Under the pieces are notes generated by a model. The model was not told the DNA's origin. It worked only from the letters and a program-made list of their open reading frames with translations, and ran no database searches. A program made the translations under genes and the position numbers. A stretch of 64,000 nt of DNA from SAR202 cluster bacterium (GTDB lineage Bacteria; Chloroflexota; Dehalococcoidia; Lucifugimonadales; GCA-2719675). Positions 48,556-57,220 of this stretch are shown here, one piece after another (position 1 is the first letter of the stretch; each line of letters begins with the position of its first letter). The DNA is taken from positions 124,160-188,159 of the forward strand of contig VFGW01000020.1 of the NCBI GenBank assembly GCA_009392295.1, given 5' to 3'.

Positions 48556-49926
48556 ATGAACCATTCAATATTGCAAAAACAAAACCCAATAGTCATATTA
48601 GGTGGTGGTATGGCTGGTTTAATTGCTGGTACTTATATACAACAACAAGGTGAAAAATCTATCATTATTGAAAAAAGTTCCAAAACTGGGGGATCAATGA
48701 AAATGTCTGGTGGAAGCATTTGGTGCTTTAAAAATCACTCAGACTATAAAAAAATTAACCCTCATGGCAACACAATGTTAGGAGAAAAATTAATTGACAA
48801 CTTTTTACCCAGCATTGAGTGGTTAATAAGCTTAGGTGCTCCTATAAAAAATGTAACTGCTGCTTTATATAGAGAAACTGATAGACATTGCTATCAAATG
48901 ACTCCAAATTCAGAATATTTCACTCAATTTATTACTGAAAAATTCTTAGAACTTGGGGGCGAAATTATATTTAATTCAAATATAACTCAAATCAAATGTA
49001 ATTCTAATAAATTAATTGAAGAGATCGAAATAAAAACCAATTCTCAAATCAAATCAATTAATTGTAGCTCACTTATTCTAGCAACTGGAGGATTTCATAA
49101 TAATCCCACTCTAAAAAATGAACACTTCGGAAAATGGAGTGACAAACTTATAGTAAGAGGTAATTTATATAGTACTGGCGATGGACTGAAATTAGCTACA
49201 TCCCTTGGTGCAAAAAAAAGTAAATCAATGGATAGTTTTTATGGTCATTTAATGCCAGCACCTCCTGCAGAAGTACCTAGAAATCGATTTTCGGAATTTA
49301 CTATGTATCATTCAGAACATTGTCTTTTACTAAACGAAGATGGTAATAGGTTCACAGATGAATCTATATGTGATGAATCAAATGCCGAAGCAACAATCCA
49401 ACAAAACAATGCAATTTCTTATATGATTTTTGATGACAAAATATACAAAAAGTATGGAATAAAAAAATCTATTTCTGGAGAAATAATTAACGATCCATTC
49501 AAAAAATCAATTGAAATCAATGCTCTCACTACTAAAGAAAATTCTATACAAAAACTTGTTGAAACTTTAAGTTATTGGGGTGTAAAAAAAGAAGCGTCTC
49601 TGAAAAATATCCTTGGTTATAATGATTACTTAATTAATAAAAATACTTCTTCAATCTCTATACCTAGAGCAAAAAATTTCAACCCTATTGGAACACCACC
49701 ATACTACGCAATAGCTCTTACAACTGGAATCACCCTAACACTTGGTGGATTAGAAACTAACGAAAATGCACAGGTTTTAAATGATAAAAACATTCCTATA
49801 GGTAACTTATATTCTATTGGTGGCGATTCTGGTGGAATCTATAATCATTCATATGGTGGAGGTTTATGCTTGGGGCTTGTTTTCGGAAAAATTGCTGCAG
49901 GAAACGCAATAAAATATCATCACTAA
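48556..49926 (+). CDS. FAD-binding oxidoreductase of the fumarate reductase / KstD / TcuA-like (FAD_binding_2) family
   Basis: The start is taken at MNHSILQKQNPIVILGGGMAGLIAG (ATG 48556). The track start at 48475 overlaps the previous gene. It has LATGGF and the C-terminal GNLYSIGGDSGG. Confidence 0.78.
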   Translation: MNHSILQKQNPIVILGGGMAGLIAGTYIQQQGEKSIIIEKSSKTGGSMKMSGGSIWCFKNHSDYKKINPHGNTMLGEKLIDNFLPSIEWLISLGAPIKNVTAALYRETDRHCYQMTPNSEYFTQFITEKFLELGGEIIFNSNITQIKCNSNKLIEEIEIKTNSQIKSINCSSLILATGGFHNNPTLKNEHFGKWSDKLIVRGNLYSTGDGLKLATSLGAKKSKSMDSFYGHLMPAPPAEVPRNRFSEFTMYHSEHCLLLNEDGNRFTDESICDESNAEATIQQNNAISYMIFDDKIYKKYGIKKSISGEIINDPFKKSIEINALTTKENSIQKLVETLSYWGVKKEASLKNILGYNDYLINKNTSSISIPRAKNFNPIGTPPYYAIALTTGITLTLGGLETNENAQVLNDKNIPIGNLYSIGGDSGGIYNHSYGGGLCLGLVFGKIAAGNAIKYHH

Positions 49927-50019
49927 ACATAATATAAATTTAATAGCTTCGAGAAATGCATTATAATCTATATTACAAGTTGAAAATTTTATTTAATTAA
50001 TCAAAGAAATGGAATACAT

Positions 50020-51144
50020 TTGATTGTAGCTATCGAAGAATATACTGCAGTATGGTGGGTCACATATTCCGGCTACATCTTAATATTCTTGTCTTTAATT
50101 TTCACTTCCAGCTTTGCTATAAATAACTTTAATACCCCAGCTAAATTACTTCTTAAGTTATTTGACACATCAAATATTCAGGATGAGAAAAAAAACTCAT
50201 ACAAAATTTATTCACTAAATATATTTGAAAAAATATTCACAATTTTATCTAACCCTGCTTTAATAGCAGGAATTTTGATTTGTATCGTAGTCTTATATTT
50301 TACTTATTGGCCTCAACATGCTGCCCCTTTTGACCCCCAAGAAAGAGGGAGGATTTTACAAAATTTTGATGGAGAGGCTCAAGCTGCTCCTTTTTCTCCA
50401 AACAAAAAATATTTAATGGGATCAGACGCAAAAGCAAGAGACATGTTAAGTAGAGTGATACATGGAACTAAAAAAACTATGACTATATGTTTAATTGTAA
50501 CAATTCTAAGACTTGGAATAGGCAGCCTAATAGGAATATATTCAGGACTAAAACAAAATAATCTATCCAAACAAATGTTATCAATTGCATCCGTTTCAGC
50601 TTCAATACCAAGTCTTTTATTTGCATTAATTTTCATTAAATCTGTGGGAGGAGGCAATGGCATATGGGTGTTTATATTTGGCTTAGGATTAACAGGATGG
50701 TCTGAGCAAACTAACCTTGTTAACAACTCAATCAGTTGGGTCAAAAATCAACCTTATATTGAAAGTGCAATTTCTGTAGGATCTTCGCCGCTTCAGATAT
50801 TCTACAAACATATATTACCTAATATTTCAGCACAGATTATACCTGCAACAACACAAGAACTTAGTGCTGTACTACTAACTCTTGCAGAACTGGGATTCCT
50901 CGGATTATACGTAGGAGAACGAGCTTCTGCAGATATACTTAGAATGAAAACTCCTGAATATCCTGAATGGGCTGGCATGCTTTCTGGAGCTAGACTTGCT
51001 ATTTTTAAGTGGCCATGGTTAACAATTGCACCTGCTATAGCAATTACAATAACAATAATAGGTTTTAATCTTACAGGTATTGGATTACGAAAATTCTTTG
51101 ACCCTTATCAACGTTATAGTTTGAAAAATTTCCAAACAAAATAA
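50020..51144 (+). CDS. ABC transporter permease, DppC/OppC-like, with a long N-terminal extension
   Basis: 374 aa. It has DMLSRVIHGTKKTMTICL and an EAA-like loop (YIESAISVGSSPLQIFYKHILPN). It has a TTG start. No partner permease, ATPase or binding protein is adjacent. Confidence 0.78.
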   Translation: MIVAIEEYTAVWWVTYSGYILIFLSLIFTSSFAINNFNTPAKLLLKLFDTSNIQDEKKNSYKIYSLNIFEKIFTILSNPALIAGILICIVVLYFTYWPQHAAPFDPQERGRILQNFDGEAQAAPFSPNKKYLMGSDAKARDMLSRVIHGTKKTMTICLIVTILRLGIGSLIGIYSGLKQNNLSKQMLSIASVSASIPSLLFALIFIKSVGGGNGIWVFIFGLGLTGWSEQTNLVNNSISWVKNQPYIESAISVGSSPLQIFYKHILPNISAQIIPATTQELSAVLLTLAELGFLGLYVGERASADILRMKTPEYPEWAGMLSGARLAIFKWPWLTIAPAIAITITIIGFNLTGIGLRKFFDPYQRYSLKNFQTK

Positions 51145-51161
51145 AACTCCTTACTTCAAAC

Positions 51162-51190
51162 TTGACAAAGCGAATGTTAATTTGTAGGAT
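51162..51190 (+). promoter_or_regulatory. Candidate sigma-70-type promoter TTGACA-N17-TAGGAT upstream of the DegT pair
   Basis: Read directly: TTGACA is at 51162-51167, followed by a 17-nt spacer and TAGGAT at 51185-51190. GGAG (51241-51244) lies 8 nt before the ATG at 51253. -10-like hexamers are frequent in AT-rich DNA, so this is tentative. Confidence 0.3.
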
Positions 51191-51252
51191 CGAGAATAAT
51201 TTTAGTATACTTTTGTCTAAAATTTATAATCAATTCTGTTGGAGTGTAAAAA

Positions 51253-52503
51253 ATGTCTGAAAAATTAGCTATTGACGGTGGAAAACCAATTATTTCTGAA
51301 CCAAAAAATTGGCCCACGCATGATTTCGGTGAAGATGATGTAAAAGCCGTTTCTGAAGTGATTAATTCTGGAAGTATTGGTAAAGGTCCACAAGTTGGAG
51401 CATTTCAGGATGAATTTGCAAAAAGATATGGTGTTAAATATGCAATAGCTGTTAACTCTGGTACTTCAGCAATGCATACTTGCGTTGCAGCTATGAATCC
51501 AAATCCAGGAGACGAAATAATTACCACCGCTTGGACTTCTGGAGGAAGTATATTAGGACTTCTACTACAAAATTGTGTTCCTATTTTTGCAGACATTGAT
51601 GATACTATGTGTCTCGACCCAGATGACGTTGAAAGAAAAATCACCTCTAAAACAAAAGCAATTCTTGTAGTGAACCTATTCGGTAATATAGCTAATGTAC
51701 GAGAACTAAGAAAAATTGCCGATAAACATGGAATATATTTAATAGAAGATTGCTGCCAATCTCATTTCTCTGAAGACAACGGTATTACAGCTGGATCATT
51801 AGCTGATATTGCTGGATTAAGTTTCGGAGGTAAACACTTAAACCTAGGTGGAGGAGGAATGGTTTATACAAATAATACAGCACTTTGGGAAAGAGCAATT
51901 CTTTTCCACGATGCAGCGCTACCTAGAGCAAATGGTCCCGCTGAAGGTAAACCTTATGCAAATTATTTCCTTGCACCTAACTATAAAATCAATGACATTA
52001 TGGGCGCAATGGGAAGAGTGCAGCTTAAAAAAGTGGATGGCTACGTTGACAGTAAAATCAGATCTGCAACCAATATAATCAATGGTCTTTCAGATATTGA
52101 AGAAATTACACCTCAAGCCGTTAGGCCTGGCGTCAAACACACTTATTGGACTTTAAATATGTCTATTGATACTGATGCTCTAAAATGTACTGCAGATGAA
52201 TATGCTGATGCAGTTGCAGCTGAAGGTGTTCCATTTTCTGGACCTTATTTAGGAACACCTGAACATGGTCCACTTTATAGAAATCCGTTCCTAGCTGAAC
52301 CAAACCTATATGGAAATTCAAGATTCCCTCTCGATTATAATCGAGAAACACCAATAGACTATAGAAAATGGAATAATCCTCATGGAGAAGAATTGATGTC
52401 TAAAGGAATCGCTTTCTCAATGCAACCAAGTTTTGACGAAGAATACGTAGGGCAAGTCATTGAAGCTAATAGAAAAGTGGTAACTGCATTTAGAGAAAGA
52501 TAA
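51253..52503 (+). CDS. DegT/DnrJ/EryC1/StrS-family PLP aminotransferase (copy 1)
   Basis: 416 aa. It has LAIDGGKP, AVNSGTSAMH, LIEDCCQSH, and SFGGKHLNLGGGGM (PLP-Lys context). Confidence 0.87.
   Translation: MSEKLAIDGGKPIISEPKNWPTHDFGEDDVKAVSEVINSGSIGKGPQVGAFQDEFAKRYGVKYAIAVNSGTSAMHTCVAAMNPNPGDEIITTAWTSGGSILGLLLQNCVPIFADIDDTMCLDPDDVERKITSKTKAILVVNLFGNIANVRELRKIADKHGIYLIEDCCQSHFSEDNGITAGSLADIAGLSFGGKHLNLGGGGMVYTNNTALWERAILFHDAALPRANGPAEGKPYANYFLAPNYKINDIMGAMGRVQLKKVDGYVDSKIRSATNIINGLSDIEEITPQAVRPGVKHTYWTLNMSIDTDALKCTADEYADAVAAEGVPFSGPYLGTPEHGPLYRNPFLAEPNLYGNSRFPLDYNRETPIDYRKWNNPHGEELMSKGIAFSMQPSFDEEYVGQVIEANRKVVTAFRER
52288..52355 (+). repeat. 68-nt stretch perfectly identical to 53571-53638, within the tandem DegT paralogues
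   Basis: ttcctagctgaaccaaacctatatggaaattcaagattccctctcgattataatcgagaaacaccaat was read in both copies. The offset is 1283 nt. Confidence 0.9.
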
Positions 52504-52529
52504 AATTAAATAAAACATGGGAGTAATCC

Positions 52530-53792
52530 ATGAGTAAGCTAGCAATAGATGGAGGGATTCCTGTTCGTTCTGAACAAGATTCTAGTCCCACCCATAATTT
52601 TGGTGAAGATGATATAAAAGTCATTTCACAAGTAATTAAGTCTGGAGTTCTGCTCAAAGTTCCTGCTGGACCTGAAGTAGCAGCTTTTCAAGACGAATAT
52701 TCCAAAAGATATGGAATTAAATATGGTGTTATGGTTAACTCTGGCACTTCAGCAATGCATACATGTATTGGGGCACTGAATCCAGATCCTGGGGATGAAA
52801 TAATTACAACAGCTTGGACTTCCGGGGGAAGTATTATCGGAATTTTGCTTCAGAATTGCGTGCCTATTTTTGCAGATATTGATGAAACAATGTGCTTAGA
52901 CCCTGCAGAAGTAGAATCAAAAATTACTTCCCGAACAAAAGCAATTCTTGTAGTTAATCTTATGGGAAATATCGCTAACGTAAGAGAACTACGGAAAATT
53001 GCTGATAAACATGGAATATATTTAATAGAAGATTGCTGTCAATCCCATTTTTCTGAAGACAATGGTGTTACAGCTGGTTCCCTTGCTGATATTGCAGGTG
53101 TTAGTTTCGGTGGAAAGCATCTGAACTTAGGTGGAGGTGGTATGATTTTAACAAATAACACTGAGCTCTGGGATAGAGCCAGATTATTTATTGATGCAGC
53201 ATTACCAAGAAAAACAACTTCCCTTGATGGACAACCTTATGCAAATTATTTTCTAGCTCCAAATTATAAAGTTAATGAAATTATGGGTGCAATGGGCAGG
53301 GTACAGCTTACAAAAGTCGATGGTTATGTTGACAGTAAAATCAGGTCTGCAAACAATATAATTGAAGGTTTATCAGATTGTAAAGAAATTACTCCTCAAA
53401 TGGTCAGACCTGGTGTTAAGCACACTTATTGGGGCTTAAGATTTACCCTAGACACTGAAGCTTTGAATTGTACAGCAAATGAATATGCCGAAGCTATTTC
53501 TGCAGAAGGAATTCCGTGTGCAGGTCCTTATTTAGGAACACCTGAACATGGACCACTTTATAAAAACCCATTCCTAGCTGAACCAAACCTATATGGAAAT
53601 TCAAGATTCCCTCTCGATTATAATCGAGAAACACCAATCGACTACAGAAAAATTAATAATTCTTTTGGCGAAAATTTCATGTCAAAAGGTATTGGATTTT
53701 CTATGAAGCCATTTTTTACAGAAGAATACGTAGGGCAAATTATTGAAGCAAATAAAAAAGTTATTTCTTCTTTCAAGCAAAAAGGTAACTAA
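52530..53792 (+). CDS. DegT/DnrJ/EryC1/StrS-family PLP aminotransferase (copy 2, tandem paralogue)
   Basis: 420 aa. It is collinear with copy 1, and roughly three-quarters of residues are identical by eye. GGGAG lies upstream. Confidence 0.87.
   Translation: MSKLAIDGGIPVRSEQDSSPTHNFGEDDIKVISQVIKSGVLLKVPAGPEVAAFQDEYSKRYGIKYGVMVNSGTSAMHTCIGALNPDPGDEIITTAWTSGGSIIGILLQNCVPIFADIDETMCLDPAEVESKITSRTKAILVVNLMGNIANVRELRKIADKHGIYLIEDCCQSHFSEDNGVTAGSLADIAGVSFGGKHLNLGGGGMILTNNTELWDRARLFIDAALPRKTTSLDGQPYANYFLAPNYKVNEIMGAMGRVQLTKVDGYVDSKIRSANNIIEGLSDCKEITPQMVRPGVKHTYWGLRFTLDTEALNCTANEYAEAISAEGIPCAGPYLGTPEHGPLYKNPFLAEPNLYGNSRFPLDYNRETPIDYRKINNSFGENFMSKGIGFSMKPFFTEEYVGQIIEANKKVISSFKQKGN
53571..53638 (+). 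repeat. Second copy of the 68-nt perfectly identical stretch
   Basis: See 52288-52355. A further 35-nt identical patch lies at 51721-51755 and 53004-53038, with the same 1283-nt offset. Confidence 0.9.
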
Positions 53793-53794
53793 CT

Positions 53795-55651
53795 TTATCT
53801 GCTAATTGCGTAAGCTAATCCACCATGAGCTGAAGCTGCAGAAGAAATTAAACCATCTTTTTCAGCTTCAACACTTATTGCTGAAACTTCACCGACTGAA
53901 TAAGGTTTCCCAACTTTAACTTTATGTCCACGATTTTTCAAACTTTCAATAATATTCTTTGGAAACCTCCCATCAATTGTTACTGCCCCAGGTATACCTT
54001 CGCGAGGGTAAAATGAGCTAGGGAAGTGTTCAATAACACAATTAGGAGCATCAATAGATTCTTGTAAATTCATTCCAAAAACATGATAATTCAAGAAAAA
54101 TTGAATTGTAGTTTGCTCTTGACTATCACCACCGGGAGTTCCAAAGGCAAGATAAGGCAATCCATTTTTTGTTGCGATTGTAGGGGTAAGTGTTGCTCTA
54201 GGACGTTTTCTAGGAAATAATGCATTAGGCCTATTGGGATTCAAATAAAACATTTGTCCTCTAGTTCCTAGAGGAAAACCCAAGCCTTTAATAACTGGTG
54301 AGTATTTTGCTAACCAACCTCCACTTGGCGTAGAAGAAACCATATTTCCAAATGAATCAACTGTATCTAAGTGAACTGTATCACCACCAGTATGAATTCC
54401 AGTTTGATCAAAATCCGGTAATTCACCAGTATCTAAACCTAAAGCTTTTCGATTATCTTCAACTACATCAAAATAAGTTGCATAATCAGGGAATTTATCA
54501 GTAACTGCCCCGGGCAACATTTTCATTGAAGCAGTATTTTTAATTAAATTCTTTCTATCTAAATTATATGACTTAGATAAAAGAACATCTAAAGGAACAT
54601 GATCAAAATTTGGGTCTCCATAATACGCCTCTCTATCTGCAAAAGCTAATTTTCCAGACTCAATTAATATATGTAAATATTCATCTGAATTATGTCCAAT
54701 TTTTTCTAAATCAAAAGTATCCAAAATGGCAAGGTGTTGAAGAAATGTAGGCCCCTGTGTCCAAGTTGGACATTTAAACACATCTAAACCTCTAAAATTA
54801 ATAGATTCAGGTTCTTCAATCGTTGCATTCCATTCAGAAAAATCTTCAAAATCTAACATACCTTTAAAGGACTTTCCTGAAATATCTTCCACTGGATTTG
54901 TCTGAATAAAATCTATAATTGTTTCAGCAATTTCACCCCTATAAAAAGCATCATTTGCCGCTTCAAGTCCTGCAATCCTACTACGTTTTCTACCCTGTTT
55001 TTCTGCTAAACACAATTTTTTCAAAGTATTAGCAGCATCCAAATTTACAACATTGTCACCAACATCAGGTACAATCCCATTTGGACAAAATATCTCATCA
55101 GTAGTAGGAAAAGTTTTGCCAGATTGATAATAATTTTTTAAAGTTTGATGTAATTGTTCATGTATTGGAAAACCATTTTCAGCTAACTCTATTGCAGGTT
55201 GAAGTATTTCAGAAAAACCCATTGTTCCAAACCTAGCAAGTGCTAAAGACCATGTGCCTACAGGAGCTGGGACAGTGGCAGGTAAATATCCATCCCCTGG
55301 TATAATATCTACATTATTTTCCTTACACCAATTGATATCAAATGTTTTAGGAGACCAACCAACTCCACTAATTGCAAAAACTTTTTTCTCTTCTGCTGAA
55401 TAAACTAATGTTGGTACCTCACCTGCAATTCCATTGTTGTCTGGTCGAATAATGTTTAGACAAAAAGAAGTTGCTGCTGCTGCGTCAATAGCATTACCAC
55501 CTTGCTCTAAAATTCTAATACCCGCCAAAGATGACAAATAATGTCCTGAAGTTACACTAAATTTTCTACTTCTAAGCACAGGCCTAGTAATGAAATCAAA
55601 TCTATTTTGGTTATAAGACAAAATATACTCCTTTGAATTTATCAAATACAA
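53795..55651 (-). CDS. Gamma-glutamyltransferase family protein, no signal peptide
   Basis: 618 aa. It has GGNAIDAAAA, the Thr-nucleophile context GGDTVHLDTVD..GNMVS.T.S.G, and GTPGG. Confidence 0.87.
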   Translation of the reverse strand: MYLINSKEYILSYNQNRFDFITRPVLRSRKFSVTSGHYLSSLAGIRILEQGGNAIDAAAATSFCLNIIRPDNNGIAGEVPTLVYSAEEKKVFAISGVGWSPKTFDINWCKENNVDIIPGDGYLPATVPAPVGTWSLALARFGTMGFSEILQPAIELAENGFPIHEQLHQTLKNYYQSGKTFPTTDEIFCPNGIVPDVGDNVVNLDAANTLKKLCLAEKQGRKRSRIAGLEAANDAFYRGEIAETIIDFIQTNPVEDISGKSFKGMLDFEDFSEWNATIEEPESINFRGLDVFKCPTWTQGPTFLQHLAILDTFDLEKIGHNSDEYLHILIESGKLAFADREAYYGDPNFDHVPLDVLLSKSYNLDRKNLIKNTASMKMLPGAVTDKFPDYATYFDVVEDNRKALGLDTGELPDFDQTGIHTGGDTVHLDTVDSFGNMVSSTPSGGWLAKYSPVIKGLGFPLGTRGQMFYLNPNRPNALFPRKRPRATLTPTIATKNGLPYLAFGTPGGDSQEQTTIQFFLNYHVFGMNLQESIDAPNCVIEHFPSSFYPREGIPGAVTIDGRFPKNIIESLKNRGHKVKVGKPYSVGEVSAISVEAEKDGLISSAASAHGGLAYAISR

Positions 55652-55822
55652 AAATATAATACGCTATTTAGAAATATTTGAATATTCTTATATACTAATG
55701 TTCTAAAAAGATTTTTGATACATTTTAAAATAGACATTCTAAATTCACTAAAATATAATATTTAGAAAATTTTCATATGAATTTTATTTTAATTCAAAAA
55801 TTTATAATTATAGGAAGATTCG

Positions 55823-57013
55823 ATGCAACAAGTACCAGAAACTAAATTTCAAACTATTCCTCCTAGAATTTTGCTAGGGCCAGGTCCAATGATGGTTCCA
55901 CCAAGAGTTCTACAGGCAATGGTTAACCCAATGATTGGATACTTAGATCCTGATTTTATTTCAATTATGGAAGAAGTTTCTGATTTACTCAAAATAGTTT
56001 ATTCAACGAAATCTGCTACTACTATGGCTTTATCTGGAACAGGGTCAGCTGGAATGGAAGCTGGTCTTAACTCAATATTAGAACCAAATGATGTAGTAGT
56101 TATGTGTATTCATGGATTTTTCTGTGAAAGACAATTCGAAATGGCAACCAGGGTAGGGGCTAATGTTATTCCTTTACGCTCAGATTGGGGCAAACCATTT
56201 CCTCCAGATTTATTGGAAAAAGAAATTAAAAAACATAAAAATGTTAAACTTGTAACTACAGTTCAAGCTGAAACTTCCACAGGAATACTTCAACCTCTAG
56301 AAGATTTATCCAAAATTGCAAAAAACCATGACGCTCTATTTATGGTTGATGCAGTCACATCACTTGGTGCAAATCCGGTAGAATTTGATTCTGTTGGTAT
56401 TGACTATGCATATTCAGCAACACAAAAAGGACTTGCTTGCCCTCCTGGTTTATCTCCAGCTGCAATAAGCAATAATGCCTTAAACGCTATAAAAAACAGA
56501 CAAACAAAGCCTTCCTCATGGTACTTAGACCTAGGCCTTATTTCAGATTATTGGGGGGATGCACATACGTACCATCATACAGCTCCTGTAACTATGATTT
56601 TGGCCTTAAGAGAATCTTTAAAAATTATAGTTGAAGAAGGATTACAAAACAGATTCGATCGTCATAACTTAAATGCCTCTGCTCTAAGAGCAGGTTTAGA
56701 AGCTTTAGGTTTAACAGTAGTTTCTCAAAATGGATATAGATTAAGTCAAATAACCCCCTTTACAATACCAAAAAATATTGATTGTGTTGAAGGTAGAAAA
56801 ATTCTACTCAGAGAATTCGGAATTGAAATTGGAAGAGGATTAGGCGAATTTGCTGAAAAAGTATGGCGAGTTGGCCTAATGGGAGAATCAAGTAAACCAG
56901 AATATGTTCTTAATCTTCTAGCAGCCCTAGAAAAGCTTCTACCTAGATATGGTAATGAAATTGAACCTGGAAGTGCTTTATCTGCTGCAAGTAGAATACT
57001 TTCAGATAATTAA
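55823..57013 (+). CDS. Class-V aminotransferase (alanine-glyoxylate / serine-pyruvate aminotransferase-like)
   Basis: 396 aa. It has LLGPGP, VQAETSTG, DAVTSLG, and SATQKGL (PLP-Lys). Confidence 0.87.
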   Translation: MQQVPETKFQTIPPRILLGPGPMMVPPRVLQAMVNPMIGYLDPDFISIMEEVSDLLKIVYSTKSATTMALSGTGSAGMEAGLNSILEPNDVVVMCIHGFFCERQFEMATRVGANVIPLRSDWGKPFPPDLLEKEIKKHKNVKLVTTVQAETSTGILQPLEDLSKIAKNHDALFMVDAVTSLGANPVEFDSVGIDYAYSATQKGLACPPGLSPAAISNNALNAIKNRQTKPSSWYLDLGLISDYWGDAHTYHHTAPVTMILALRESLKIIVEEGLQNRFDRHNLNASALRAGLEALGLTVVSQNGYRLSQITPFTIPKNIDCVEGRKILLREFGIEIGRGLGEFAEKVWRVGLMGESSKPEYVLNLLAALEKLLPRYGNEIEPGSALSAASRILSDN

Positions 57014-57020
57014 TTCCTTA

Positions 57021-57179
57021 ATGAGAATTCCAAAATATTTAATTCCATTAATGTTTTGGATAATCATATCCGTTTTTACTATAGCTTTTGCAATTTCAAG
57101 TTCAATTGGAAACATTCAAAATGTTGAAAAATTAAATATTGTACAAACTACATCAATACTTATTTGTCCATTACATTGA
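57021..57179 (+). CDS. Possible small membrane protein (52 aa)
   Basis: MRIPKYLIPLMFWIIISVFTIAFAISSSIG... has one clear TM helix. I saw no convincing SD. It could be a chance ORF in AT-rich spacer DNA. Confidence 0.25.
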   Translation: MRIPKYLIPLMFWIIISVFTIAFAISSSIGNIQNVEKLNIVQTTSILICPLH

Positions 57180-57220
57180 TTTTGCGTTGTTGTTAGGATT
57201 TTTATACCTGAAAAAATTAT

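Noticed and set aside
50379-50744. 121-aa minus-strand ORF inside the ABC permease. The same class of antisense or alternate-frame ORFs occurs at 39097-39426, 58314-58631, 43868-44173, 43714-43944, 38053-38253, 40254-40481, 40890-41090 and 37244-37453.
   Set aside because: All lie within confidently assigned genes on the other strand or in another frame. None has motifs or SD support.
56949-57020. N-terminal part of the 76-aa ORF overlapping the 3' end of the aminotransferase gene
   Set aside because: It is out of frame with and inside a well-supported gene. Only the portion after the internal Met (57021) lies in spacer DNA, and even that is kept at low confidence.
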